From contig NC_083407.1 of assembly GCF_020745735.1 (NCBI RefSeq), positions 82,823,857 to 82,887,856 on the forward strand: a stretch of DNA of 64,000 nt. Direction: 5' to 3'. Below the pieces are notes generated by a model that was not told the origin of the DNA, made no database searches, and saw only the letters and a list, made by a program, of their open reading frames with translations. The position numbers and the translations under genes were made by a program. How positions within the stretch are numbered: position 1 is the first letter of the stretch; each line of letters starts with the position of its first letter. Origin of the DNA: Hemiscyllium ocellatum (lineage: Eukaryota). Of this stretch, positions 38,787 to 51,815 are shown piece after piece.

Positions 38787-40870
38787 ATAGAACATAGAAC
38801 AATACAGCACAGAACAGGCCCTTCGGCCCACGATGTTGTGCCGAACATTTGTCCTAGCTTAAGCACCTATCCATGTACCTATCCAATTGCCGCTTAAAGG
38901 TCACCAATGATTCTGACTCTGCCACTCCCACAGGCAGCGCATTCCATGCCCCCACCACTCTCTGGGTAAAGAACTTACCCCTGACATCCCCCCGATACCT
39001 TCCACCCTTCACCTTAAATTTATGTCCCCTGGTAACACTCTGTTGTACCCGGGGAAAAAGTCTCTGACTGTCTACTCTATCTATTCCCCTGATCATCTTA
39101 TAAACCTCTCTCAAGTCACCCCTCATCTTCGCCGTTCCAATGAGAAAAGGCCTAGCACTCTCAACCTATCCTTGTACGACCTATTCTCCATTCCAGGCAA
39201 CATCCTGGTAAATCTCTTCTGCACCCTCTCCAAAGCTTCCACATCTTTCCTAAAATGAGGCGACCAGAACTGCACACAGTGTGGCCTTACCAAGGTCCTA
39301 TACAGCTGCAACATCACCTCACGACTCTTGAATTCAATCCCTCTGCTAAGGAACACTAATACACCATAGGCCTTCTTACAAGCTCTATCCACCTGAGTGG
39401 CAACTTTCGAAGAGCTATGAACATAGACCCCAAGATCCCTCTGCTCCTCCACCTTACTAAGAACTCTACCGTTAACCCTGTATTCCACATTCTAATTTGT
39501 CCTTCCAAAATGGACAACCTCACACTTGACAGGGTTGAACTCCATCTGCCACTCCTCAGCCCAGCTCTGCATCATATCTAAGCCCCTTTGCAGCCGACAA
39601 CAGCCCTCCTCATTATCCACAACTCCGCTAATCTTCGTATCGTCTGCAGATTTACTGACCCTCCCTTTGGCTCCCTCTTCCAAGTCATTAATAAAAATTA
39701 CAAACAGCAGAGGACCCAGAACTGATCCCTGCAGAACTCCACTTGTAACTGGGCTCAAGGCTGAATATTTACCATCTATCACCACTCTCTGACTTTGACC
39801 GGTTAGCCAGTTCTCTATCCAACAGGCCAAACTTTCTACTACCCCATGCCTCCTGACTTTCCACATAAGCCTACCATGGAGAATCTTATCAAATGCCTTA
39901 CTAAAATCCATGTACACTACATCCACTGCTCTACCCTCATCCACATGCTTGGTCACCTCCTCAAAGAATTCAATAAGACATGTAAGGCAAGACCTACTTG
40001 TCACAAATCCATGCTGGCTGTCTTTAATCAAGCAATGTCTTTCCAGATACTCATAAATCCTATCCCTCAGTACCCTTTCCATTACTTTGTCTACCACCAA
40101 AGTAAGACTAACTGGCCTGTAATTCCCGGAGTTATCCCTATTCCCTTTTTTGAACAAAGGCACAACATTCACCACTCTCCAGTCCCCTGGTACCACCCCC
40201 GTTGACAGTGAAGACGAAAAGATCATTGCCAACGGTACTGCAATTTCCTCTCTTGCTTCCCACATAATCCTAGGATATATCCCGTCAGGCCTGGGGACTT
40301 GTCTATCCTCAAGTTTTTTAAAATGCCCAACACATCTTCCTTCCTAACAAGTATCTCCTCTAGCTTACCAGTCCGTTTCATACTCTCCTCTTCAACAATA
40401 CGGTCCCTCTCATTTGTAAATACTGAAGAAAAGTACTCATTCAAGACCTCTCCTATCTCTTCCGACTCAATACACAGTCTCCCACTACTGTCCTTGATCG
40501 GACCTACCCTCATTCTCGTCATTCTCATGTTTCTCACATACGCATAAAAGGCCTTGGGGTGATCCTTGATCCTACCCGCCAAAGATTTTTCATGCCCTCT
40601 CTTAGCTCACCTAATCGCTTTCTTCATCTCCCTCCTGGCTATCCTGTATCCTTCCAACGCTCTGTCTGAACCTTGTTTCCTCAACCTTATGTAAGCCTCC
40701 TTCTTCCTCTTTACTAGACATTCAACCTCCCTCGTCAACCAAGGTTCCCTCACACGACCATCTCTTTCCTGCCTGACAGGTACATACATATCAAGGACAT
40801 GTCGTATCTGTTCTTGGAAAAAGTTCCACATTTCAATGACATCCTTCCCTGACAGCCTATGCTCCCAACT
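38787..40870 (-). mobile_element. Young CR1 LINE, 5'-truncated ORF2 plus 3' UTR
   Basis: Long ORFs (257, 121, 119 and 90 aa) with NYRPVSLT, SQHGF, YMDFSKAFD, QGSVLGP and ADDTKI; (ATAGAAC)n tail. Confidence 0.96.
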
Positions 40871-41928
40871 TTAAGTGAGAAAGCAGGACTATGATACTAA
40901 GATAGAGGTTGAACTACAATCATGCTGAATGATGGAGCAAACTCACAGGGTCAAATGACGTGCTTCTTGCTCATAGTTTCTATGACATATTTGTTGAAAT
41001 GGATTTTGTTAACTAGGACACTTTACAGAGAACTGAGTGGAATGGATCAAAACAACAAAAAGGTTGATATTTTACCATATGATATTACAAGGAGTAAGTT
41101 GACAAAATCTTAGCAAACCACATAACACATTGATAAAACTATTATTTTGTAGTCAGATTACTGGTGTGACTGACTGAAACCCAGTTTTGTTTCAAAGTTG
41201 CCATCTTCCTCTTCTTTAAGTTTTTATACAATTAGGATTTGTCACAAAATTAAAATGAAGCAATCAACTTTCTGCATGAATCCCTGTGACATTTTATTCA
41301 GAATCAATTTTCTAGGAAAAGTATTTAGAAACTGTTGCGAAGTTATGTTTACTGTGCTACATCAACCCCAATTCCCTTGGAGACAACTGGCATCATGATT
41401 ATTAGAATAGGAATTATGAAGATTTGAAAACATTTATTTCCATGATATACAATTTTGCTTTAAGTGAGAAAATTAATTCTGCCCAACAATTGCATGCTGG
41501 TCACAATACTACCAGTTTTCCATGGTTACATTTGTTCAATTATAGGTGGCTGAATAGCTGCAATAAAAAAAATCCAATTTCTGAAAGAATTTGCCCTTAG
41601 GGCTAAGAAACTGTCTTATATTATCTTGCTCTCATAGCCAATTAAACACGATTGCTCTCTAAACACATGTTATTTGTATATTCATTACGTTGAACAGTAG
41701 TTAAACAATTGTAATATAAGTGATTTCTAAAGTCATATTCAACAGCTCTATTCATGAATCAAAGTTGATTACATTAGAATTCTTATTTCTATCAGAGAGC
41801 CTTCTTGATAACAAGTGAATCAATGTTATGGAAAAATATATTTAAGTAAGTTGGGAATAAAACCAATGATTTAGTTGATTTGGAGCTGATTTCTTTGTAG
41901 ATCATTTCTCAAAGCTTTTTGTCTTTCA

Positions 41929-42085
41929 AAATCTGATTGACGATTTGTAGCTCGGGTATCCGTTGTTGTGGTTCTGCTCGCCGAGCTGGAGGTTTTTGCT
42001 GCAAACGTTTCGTTCCCTGGCTAGGGAACATCATCAGTGCTGTTGGAGCCTCGTGTGAAGCGCTGCTTTGATGTTTCTTCCGGTA
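41929..42085 (-). mobile_element. PLE family C mini-insertion (157 bp)
   Basis: Perfect 13-bp TSD TTTTTGTCTTTCA at 41916-41928 and 42086-42098; CpG-rich; contains a hammerhead motif. PLE assignment rests on that motif. Confidence 0.8.
41998..42042 (-). ncRNA. Minimal type I hammerhead ribozyme motif, best-preserved copy
   Basis: GCA-CUGAUGA, extra U, GUUCCCU-AGCC-AGGGAAC, GAAA-CGUU-UGC: perfect 7-bp stem II, stem I GCA/UGC, palindromic ACGU. Confidence 0.85.
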
Positions 42086-42149
42086 TTTTTGTCTTTCACT
42101 CACACCTCTCAATTGCCAGCCTTTGGGAGCTTCTACTTTGGACCACAAA

Positions 42150-42422
42150 TGAGGATCAAGATGATCTATAGCAAGAACACCAGCAAAAGTAGGAGCAGTT
42201 CAAATCCTGCCATGCAGATGGTGGAATTTAAATTCAATTTTTTAAAAAATCTGAGTGAAGAATCTAATGATGACCATGAATCCATTTTTGATTGTCAGAA
42301 AAACTCATCCCATTCACTAATGTCCTTTAGGGAGAGAAACTGCCATCCTTACTTGGTCTGGCCTACATGTGACTCCAGACCCACAGCAATGTGCTTGACT
42401 CTTAGCTGCCCTCTTGGCAATT
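42150..42422 (+). mobile_element. SINE-like element related to the LINE family 2 5' region; 3' tail resumes at about 43340-43405
   Basis: B-box-like agttcaaatcc; body homologous to 61680-61790; tail gggcaataaatgctg...tgaatgaataaag. Confidence 0.6.
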
Positions 42423-42424
42423 TC

Positions 42425-43338
42425 TTTCTAAATTCATTTGAGAGACTTGGGTGAAGCTGGCTGCCAGCATTGATAGCCCATCCCTATTTGCCCTTGAGAA
42501 GGTGGTGGTGAGCTGCCTTCTTGAACTGCTGCAGTCCACTTGCTGTGGGTTGACCCACAATGCGGTAAGGAGGGAATGTCAGGATTTTTACCCAACGACT
42601 GTGAAGGAACGGTGGAATATTTCCAAGTCAGGGTGGTGATTGGCTTGGAGGAGCACTTGTAGTGGGTGGTCAAGTTCCCAAGTACCTGCTGCCCTTGTCC
42701 TTCTAGGTGGAAGTGGTCAAGGGTTTGGAAGATGCTTTCTAAGGACTTTAGTGAATTTCTTCGGTGCATCTTGTAGATAGTACACACTGATGCTACGGAG
42801 TTCAAATGATGGAGGGATTGAATGTTTGTAGATGTAGTGTCAATCAAGTGGGTTGCTTTGTCCTGGATGGTGTCAAGCTTCCTGAGTGTTAGATTAGATT
42901 AGATTCGCTACAGAGTAGAAACAGGCCCTTTGGCCCAACAAGTCCACACTGACCCTCCGAAGAGTAACCCACCCAGACCCATTTCTCTCTGATTGATGCA
43001 CCTAACACTATGGACAATTTGGCAGGCCAATTCACTTGATCTGCACATCCTTGGACTATGGAAGGAAACCGGAGCACCCGAAGGATACCCATGCAGACAC
43101 GGGGAGAATGTGCAAATTCCACACAGACAGTTGCCCAAGGCTGGAATTGAACCTGGGACTCTGGTGCTGTGAGGCAGCAGTGCTAACCACTGAGCCATCG
43201 TATCGAGTATTGTTGGAGCTGCACCCATCCAGGCAAGTGGGGAGTATTCCATAACACTCCTGACTTGAGCTTTGTAGATGATGGATAGAGATTGTGGCAT
43301 CAGGCAGTGAGTTACTCACCGCAGTATTCCTAGTCTCC
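42425..43338 (-). mobile_element. CR1/L2-group LINE family 2, 3' end
   Basis: PQSLSIIYKAQVRSVMEYSPLAWMGAAPT and SLHHL.SVASVCTIYKMH peptides; family tail. Confidence 0.85.
42889..43203 (-). mobile_element. HE1-type V-SINE nested in LINE
   Basis: Full head, V-domain and tail; TSD GAGTGTT/GAGTATT at 42884-42890 and 43204-43210. Confidence 0.9.
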
Positions 43339-44814
43339 AGAGGCGGGCAATAAATGCTGCCTAGTCAGCAATGTCCTCACCTCGTGAATGAATAAAGAAA
43401 AAAAATGTAACAGCAGCAAGAACATTTTCCTTAACACCATGCCACTTGACATAACTGCTGGAAAGAACATAGAGTTTCACCTCATAAGAGGTAATAAACA
43501 CAAGGTATATAGGCAGAAAGTAGACTTTCTGGACAATACACAGTATCATCATTTCAGAAAGGTCAGGTTATCATGCGGAGTGATCACTGACATTAGCAAT
43601 CCCCTGGATGAAGATTTCAAAGATTTGGGCATATATTGTCAGTGACTGTCAAAATCAGCACAGCCTTTAATCTGTCTGTGTCTACTTCCTTTCAGGGATC
43701 TGCTGTTGATATTTGTAGAATTTTGTGATCTGTTGTCCTCAATTGTACGTCATGTGATTTCTGCCACACTTACCAGTGCAGTTTTTATTACAGACAAGTG
43801 GCAGCCAGATGAACCAAGAGTCAACTATCTCCCTGTAAGCAATTACCTTAGGTTATGGTTTATCCCCATCCCAAATTCTGACTCTTGCTAAATTGTGTTT
43901 TCTCTCCTCCTATAAAAAGCAGAAGTATGAATTGTCAGTGTTAGCAATGGCTAGTGTAAAAGGTAAAACAGTAAAATTTGATGAGGATGGTTAGGAGACA
44001 TTGGTGTGAGAGGGCAATAGGATGTGGGTGAGTGTGAGGCAGTTCGGATGGAAATGTTAAAAGGTTAAAAGTCCCTTTGAGAAAGAGAATGAACACAGCT
44101 ACAAGGTGCGTTGATCTGAGGAATGCTGTGTGACAGAATGTTGGGAATGTCAAAATGTGGGGCCTGGTCTGTGAAAGTGTTCTGCCTATCATCTGTCACA
44201 GCCTGAAATCTTGAATCCTCTTGCTGCAAGGTTTCCAGGTTGGAGGCACCAGACTCTTGTGGGAGATTTCTTTGTCCTTTTCAATTCATGTCTGCTTGGT
44301 CAGGTAACACATTATCTTCCCCCAATCGTTGACAGAGCTCATCCTCACCACAACTCCTCAGATCCCACAGCAGGCCTTCCAGGTAAGAGCAAGAGGCTAG
44401 GGAACTGGAATTGTGTGTTGGAAGAACAGTACAGCTAAAGCAATGAGTAACCAGGTAGAGGGGACTGCCTACTAACTCAGTAAGGTAGTCTGTTATATAA
44501 TTTGTACTCCATTTTATAGCACACATCAACATGATTTGTAGTTGATTCTGACTTGTTAAAGCAAAAAGTAGACACTTTACTCTATTTTCTTTATATGATG
44601 CTGCATTTAGTAAATTTATTACTTTTATTTTATGGATTCCCATGAAAATCATAACAACAGGAGAGCACTGCTTCATTATTTGAGGAGTTGCAAATGGAAC
44701 CAAACAATGCACGGTCATCAGCGAATGACCCCATTCTGGTCTTGTGTTGGAAAGGAGGTCATAAATGATGCAGCTAATAATAATTAGACACCAAAAAAGT
44801 TCAAAAAGATCCCA

Positions 44815-46130
44815 GTCATCCTCTGTCCATAAAAATCAGGACAAATACAATCTGGCCAGTTAGTATCTATCCAATAAAGCCTTAATGATCACCAAAGTGG
44901 TGGAAAAGGTAGTTGATGGTGCTACCAAGAAACGTTCACTTCACAAAACATTTGCTCACACCAATCACTGAATTGCTCTGCAGCTCTGCTCTGGGACTAA
45001 GGTGACTGATCTCCTGCATTTTTCTTTGTACTAAGGTATGACTTTAGCCAATGGCTCTTTTTGACTTCTAACTTATTAGGATCCTAAGACAGCACACAGG
45101 AAAATGTTTCTGGGATGTCCAGGGTAGTCACTCCCATCTCACCTTTGTAATTCAGCTCATTTGTCCATATATAATCTAATGTCTGCAACTGTGTGTTTGA
45201 ATTCTGATCTGAATTCAGTCATAAATATGATGCACTAATATATCATCTGGAGCTGTATGTCTCTGGCTGAATCTGAGCATTAGTGAGAATTGGAAATTAA
45301 ACACTGCTTAATAGCACTGTTGACAATATCATCCAACACTTTACTGATAATTGAGAGAAGGCTGATGGGGAGATACTTGGCTAGATTGGATTTATCCTCT
45401 TGTTTACAATTAGGACATAACGGAGCAAAGTGAGTTGCCTAAAAATATAGGTTGTCCTGGAGCACAAGCTTTCATTTCGGCCACCCGGATGTTGTCACTG
45501 CCCATAGCTTTTGCCAGATGCAGTGTCCATTTCCTCAGATCTATTTCCTGATCTCATATGGGGCGAATTAAATTGGTTGAAAACTGATAAAGATGACCTC
45601 AGGAGAAGGGAATCATTCACTTGGCACTACTGGTGACCTTGACTACAATCACTTCAGCCTTCTCTCTTGGGCTCTTGTCCAAAGGGTTTTGTAATTGTGA
45701 CTGTGGCCCACCGAAGTACCCAAAATCAAGGATTGCTTGCACTTTCTATCTGCCTCTGATATGCATCTTTCCTCAAAGGAAGGAGTACAGATTATTTTCA
45801 TGTGGTTTCAGAAGTTACAACAACTCTGGGTAAGCTTCTCCCAAGACTCAAAGCCAACAGCAAAACTTCCAATTGAAGCCTATAGGGTTAACATGCAGCA
45901 CTTCATTTGAACACCATGGGAGGGCATGGCTGGTATGCTTTCTACCCTCCTTATTGAACCAGAGTTACTCCTCTGAATTGTGGTAATGGTAGTTAGAGAG
46001 AGATATACAGGCTGACATGTTACTGATCATGGCTGGAATCAATTCTGTTGTTGATGACACACAACATTTCATGGATGTGTTGTTTTGAGCTGTTAGACAC
46101 CAGTTCTGAATCTATCCCTGAAATCTATCC
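44815..46130. mobile_element. Old LINE family 2 remnants in opposite orientations
   Basis: 44820-44960 (+) and 45290-45415 (-) cover the same RT segment as 63630-63750; minus-strand homology appears to continue to about 46130. Confidence 0.55.
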
Positions 46131-47612
46131 ACAACATTAATCAGCTTCAAGCTAAATTTGAGATTCAAAGCTTCCCCTGTTGAACATGCAAAATAGATTT
46201 ATGAGGATCAGTATTGAGATGATTGAATGCCCTGCAGAATATGATGAGTACTGAGCTGCTAAATCACTAAAATGACGTGCAAAGGAAGACACAGTAAAGG
46301 ATGAATAATGTTAGATGTGAGGCTAGAAGAATATTCAGAAGTTTCAGAAGGCACACAGCAATTTAACAGAATCTTCCCTGTTGGGTTAGGTGGAATCCAT
46401 GCATGATGGAGCAGATTGTACATGGTCTGTAAAAGAGATAGACTTTAAATACTTAACAGTCTTTCCTCATTGCATTCACTCTTTTGCTCTTCATACATTT
46501 TGTTACTACATTCATAATAACTCCCAATAGCCTACAGTAATCATAACCACAACTGTGCTAACCTTAACATTCAGTCTTCCAACTGCTTTGGTGTACTTTT
46601 TTTTGGAGAAAACAGAAAAGTGTAGATTCCAAAGGTAGCCTATGTTTGCTCAGCATTAAAATAAATGTGTTGTGTTTTTATTCATGATGATTATTATCTG
46701 TTGCATTTGAACAATAAATAAACAGATTCCTTATTAAAATGCAGAAGACTGCAGCACAGTTAGAGGTAATGAAGCAAGGAAAAGCAAGTGTATCTTAGCA
46801 ACGTAGGCTCGTAATTATTCCAGAAATTAGTGCCTAATTTCCCTGTAGGAAAATTAACTGTGTCTCAAATTCAGATCTGATTTCAGTAGTAAATATGATG
46901 CCCTAAATAGCATGGGAAAACGAATGATCCTTGGGGGAATAATTTTAATTATTTGAAGACTGCCCAAAAATCCAAAATATAGTGAGCTTTTAATCTCCCT
47001 TAAACAGTGCTCTAAGATGTACATCATATTTTTAAAGAATTTAAAGCAACCTATTATGACACATCTCGACAGCAAGTGAAACGTAATTCCAGCTTTTCAG
47101 GGTCAGAGATAGGGACATTCGCGCTGCCAAGAGAGTCTCAATCAGTTTATTATAAAGTGGCCCAGCGACAAAACACAATGATGTACCAATGTCCTGCATT
47201 TAATACAATGCAACAGTGCAGGTTCATTCTCATGACTCTTAAACTGGTGTGTTCATGAAGTCAACAAAGTTATCAGTCTGGCGCAAGTGATAAATCCCTC
47301 TCAGATGATAAGCTTCTGCATTCTATGGGAGCTACCAGTAATAAAGATGGATTATTAGTGGGAACTCAGGGTCACGTTGCTAAGCAAGTTTCCAGACAAG
47401 CTCTGCATGACGAATAGGGAATGAAAAATTAAATAAAACACAACTCAACACAGCTGGTTAAAAGATGGATTTGCAAAACTGTCCGAAACCACTGAAAATG
47501 TAACGTAACTCTATCTTTTGCACACTCAGGAAAATATATGATCAACAAATACTTTGCACATAAAAGAGATTCATGCTGCATTACAGAAATCAGAGGGATA
47601 ATGTCATCATAC

Positions 47613-47808
47613 CTGTGATCGCTTGTACATCTCTGTCCCAGTGGGGATGTGACCCACTTTTATTCCGGAAGGAATACTAGAACCATCTGAAACTAATGAA
47701 AAATCATGAGCGACAGCATTGTCCTGAATGATTCTATTGTCAATCCACTGATGCATTAATGTGTCCTGCCAAGATTTATGTAACAGAAGTGGTGACATCT
47801 TTGGGGTA
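47613..47808 (-). CDS. Putative internal coding exon of an unidentified gene
   Basis: Acceptor ttttctacatttccttgtttgtag|, donor CAG|GTATGA, 196 nt open in phase 2 to 0: TPKMSPLLLHKSWQDTLMHQWIDNRIIQDNAVAHDFSLVSDGSSIPSGIKVGHIPTGTEMYKRSQ; apparently non-repeat context. Confidence 0.4.
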
Positions 47809-48829
47809 CTACAAACAAGGAAATGTAGAAAAAAAATGAATGATGAGGAACAGGACTGAATATAAAAGCACTAAAGTGATTACCTTTTACTCATGAATAA
47901 ACAAATGATTCTGCTAGCTCGTAAATATTTATGATTTACTCCCTGAACTATCTATGCAAAAAACTCAACTGGAAAATTTCAGTTCAGAATATCTCTAGTA
48001 GACAATCACATTTTCGGTCATGTGGATAGTTTTAATTTAAAATATTGTAGAAAGTCTTCTTCTAGTTCTCTATTACATATGTTATGTTGTGGAGAAATGC
48101 ATTTGTGGTTTACCAGAGTCATGTGTCCTTTTTTGCCACTTGTTTTCATTTTATAAGTACTTGCCATAAGAGCACGTTACATGGATTGTGTGGTTACATT
48201 ATCCAATTTGCAGTTAATGTGTGGCGGTGAGTGACCTTCGTGACATCTAATCCACCACGGCCCAGGTTTACACCTGATCTTCCATCTTTCATCTCCATAA
48301 TTATACCACCAAGTTGTTGGGTTTGGTTCTTGGGGAAATCATGTGTTGGATGGGGAGGAATTGCTTTCAGGTCTCCATGCATCTGGCACCACATTTGAAA
48401 CCTGGATGAACACCACTTCAGATGCTGCAAGCCAGGAAGGACCCCTCTAGTTGTAATATCCGAGGCTAATGGCCAAGGTGATACCCCACTAAGTAAATGA
48501 TGCGTGTTCCCTGCAGATGGAGATCTGGCAGTTCTGATAGATAAGATGATGGAGGGAAGTTCAGTTCACTTCACTACAGGCCATCACAAGAGGCCACTTA
48601 ACAGATACAATTAGCCTGTCTGGAAATGGTAGCACCATTCAGTGCAGACTCCCATTGAATCAGAATACCCAGAGTGCTGCAATGAGCATTTTGCAGAGAT
48701 AAAGGCTGTATCTTCTCTCTGGAACCTCACACTTGAAGGACCAAAACCTATCGTAATTCTGTCACTGCACACCAAATATGGTGACTTACAACCTTCAGTA
48801 TCAGATGCAAGGGCCCACTGAAGTGCTTT

Positions 48830-49036
48830 TAGAATCATAGAATCATAGAGTAACACAGCACGGAAACAGATCCTTCGATCCAACTCGCCCATGTCGACCA
48901 GATGTCTTAAATTAATTTAGTCCCATTTGCCAGCATTTGGCCCATTTCCCTCTAAGCCCTTCCTATTCACATACCCATCCAGATGTCTTTTAAGTGTTGT
49001 AATTGTACCAGCCTCCACCACCTCCTCTGGCAGCTC
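48830..49036 (-). mobile_element. CR1/HER1-type 3' UTR fragment
   Basis: (ATAGAATC)n tail and homology to 5844-6050. Confidence 0.88.
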
Positions 49037-49213
49037 AATCAAAGGTTCTTCCCCATTTCCTTTCCCACCTATTCACCTTTCCTGCCCTATGTGCTTCCTC
49101 ACTCATTGAGGAAGCCTAACCATTTCCCTTGTTTCTGCACCACCCACATGTATCCATTTATAACATACTCAACCCCTTGCTTTCTCACATTGCATTGGCT
49201 CTCTTTCAGGGTT

Positions 49214-49432
49214 AAAAGTGAGGTCTGCAGATGCTGGAGATCAGAACTGAAAATGTGTTGCTGGAAAAGCGCAGCAGGTCAGGCAGCATCCAAGGAACAG
49301 GAAATTCGACGTTTCGGTTATAAGCCTTTCTTCAGCCCTTCCTGAAGAAGGGCTTATGCCCAAAACGTTGAATTTCTTGTTCCTTGGATGCTGCCTGACC
49401 TGCTGCGCTTTTCCAGCAACACATTTTCAGCT
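49214..49432. mobile_element. PLE family A fold-back mini-insertion with two hammerhead motifs
   Basis: Arms about 49245-49335 and 49342-49432 are inverted; ~30-nt tail on the left only; TSD CTCTT(T/C)CAGGGTT at 49201-49213 and 49433-49445. Confidence 0.88.
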
Positions 49433-51707
49433 CTCTTCCAGGGTTGGGAAGTCCAAGACTGATGAGAGTGGGGTCAGAAGAAAGAGCTGGTTGGAGAAAC
49501 GAAGGATCGTGGCAATGGGGAAACATCAATAGGCAACCATTCCAGTCGGCTGTATTGTGCTTTGCTGCTTTCCTATTACCACCAGCAGTAATTTAGTATC
49601 CAAGTACTCAAGCTTTTATCTATCTTCTCCAATTTAAAACATAACATTGATGCCTGCAACCAAAGCATCACATACTAATATGCACAATACTGAGGCTGAA
49701 CATAGAAAATGTGTAGAAAATGTGCAAAAGCCTGACCTGCCCATATCAGTCCACACTTACACAGATGCTGTGGGTGAGAGCATGGAATCAACTAAGGTTA
49801 CACATATGTCGGGAGGGAAAAATTCATTCTATGCATCAGCTGTTCAAGAGAGCACACTAAAGGCTGGAAGACGAACAATGAGCAGGTCACATTTCTACCC
49901 TCCATTATAGTTTATTGGTCTGCTCAGAAAAGCTGCACAAAGCACTGCTTCCCGCAGGTTCAGTGCTTCATCAAGGATGCTCAAGCATATCTGGGTAACT
50001 TTACAGTCGTTGCATACTCTGAAACATTGAATAGCTTCTGTGTCTATCTTGATTCCAAAGTCATATTTAAAATACTGATGAATGCTTTGAGATACCCAGT
50101 ATAAGCACCATGTGATATTAATGTACTGTCTCACTGTTGCTTTTTCCATAACAGTCATAAGGAGCAGGTGATGTCAGATGCTTTAAAATGGGAACACCCA
50201 AATACATCATGCAGTCTCATGGTTAACAAATCATTTGTTCAGGAGCACCAAAGATTAAACCTTAAAGTTTAAAGAACAAAGTCCATGTGGCCTTTGCCCT
50301 AAGCAGGAGATTTTGCCAGACTAACCACAGAATTGTCACCAATTAAATACCATCCAATTGCAGCTCATTCATCCAGGAAGAAGGCAGTTATAAAGTTATC
50401 TTTGGCCTCACGAAATACATTGCTTTGTCATGCTGTCCTGAATGGCCTTCCTGTAAATGTCCTGATCTTCAACCTCATCATCATTCTGCCAATTCATCGG
50501 GAAGGATATGAAAAGGTGTACCTTGGCAAAAATGACTTCAGTTACTCAGGTGCATTTTTGTGTTGAGGATTGGGTAATTCCAAACAGGTTTCCAATTGCT
50601 CCCGGAGTACTCTCATTCGAGCATAGATTGCCACCCAGTCCTTCTGACTGCAGGTTGTCCTCCAGTGAATGACTCAGTTTGAAGATGTTTGAGAGGGACA
50701 TCCTTAATCATCACCTACACTGCCTTGCATACAGTTGAAGAACATGATGGAGAAGCCTGTAGTTGTGAGGTCTTATCATTCTCTTCCACCTGTTTGGTGG
50801 ATCTTGACCTGCAGTGTCTCTCTTTCTCTGTCTCACTGTGGAGGCTGTCATTGGAGACTACAGTTCTGGCTGGGTTTAATGATGATATTCTAATTGCTGC
50901 TTCCTTCTGTATTGCTTTTACTGAATCAAGGCCACAATGACTCCTGCAGCATGGCGAGATAATCAGTAAGGAATGTCAGAAAGAAAACACAATGTTATGA
51001 ATTCTCACGCCCTCACACAGTGTAGCATTAGGAGCTTGCCAAGGAGGGAATAGTCATGCCTCAACAAGCAGCTCGGAGGTATGTGCCCATATCCAATTGA
51101 ATGTTGGACAACCAAAGCTGTTACAGAGAGTAGAGTGTTGTTCATAATCCACCATGAAATCCACAAAGAGGAGAGTTCCAACTGCTCGCAAGTCTAATAT
51201 GAAAGAAACGATAGAGGAGCTGGAAAATAAGGAAGTAATCAAGATGACAAAGGGATGCCACGGTCAGTCCTGCAGGACTAGTGCAACTATTTTAGGAAAT
51301 ACAATGATATTAACTGAGTTGGCTCTCCATCCAGGATCTAATGCTTTCCAACTTGGGACTGTTGTGCGATTTATTCTAATGGCAATGGGGATGGGCCACA
51401 GCCAGTCTTGGTGTTTTGGGTAACACTGGTCAGGGGGCAGTCCAGGACTACTGTGGAAAGTGCAACTGTCAAGCCTGAGTTTAGGGTTCATTGGACTGGC
51501 TCACTGAGGGAGCCATCATAACATTTGGCAATTTATAAGATAGAAGGGTGAGATCTCATAGAGCATAGGAAGACACAGGAAACTGCTGTGGTGGGGGAAT
51601 TCACCCAATTCATAAAATCTCTGAGGAGAGAATAGATTATTAAAATGGAATGGCAATATCACAAAGCCGTGGGCACAGGGGTTGAGTAACATTAGCTGTT
51701 ATATATA

Positions 51708-51815
51708 GTGGTGCAAATGTAGTGTCCCTATCTCTGAGTCAGGAGGCTTAGATTCAAATCCCACCTGTTTCAGAAGTGTGTAATAAGCATCTCTAAACAG
51801 GCTGATCAGAAAATA
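51708..51815 (+). mobile_element. Short tRNA-derived SINE-like unit
   Basis: Homologous to the units at 37060-37280. Confidence 0.6.

Noticed and set aside
39492-40265. Functional reverse transcriptase (257-aa ORF)
   Set aside because: The element is 5'-truncated and broken by stops and a frameshift; the catalytic motif reads SADD instead of FADD.
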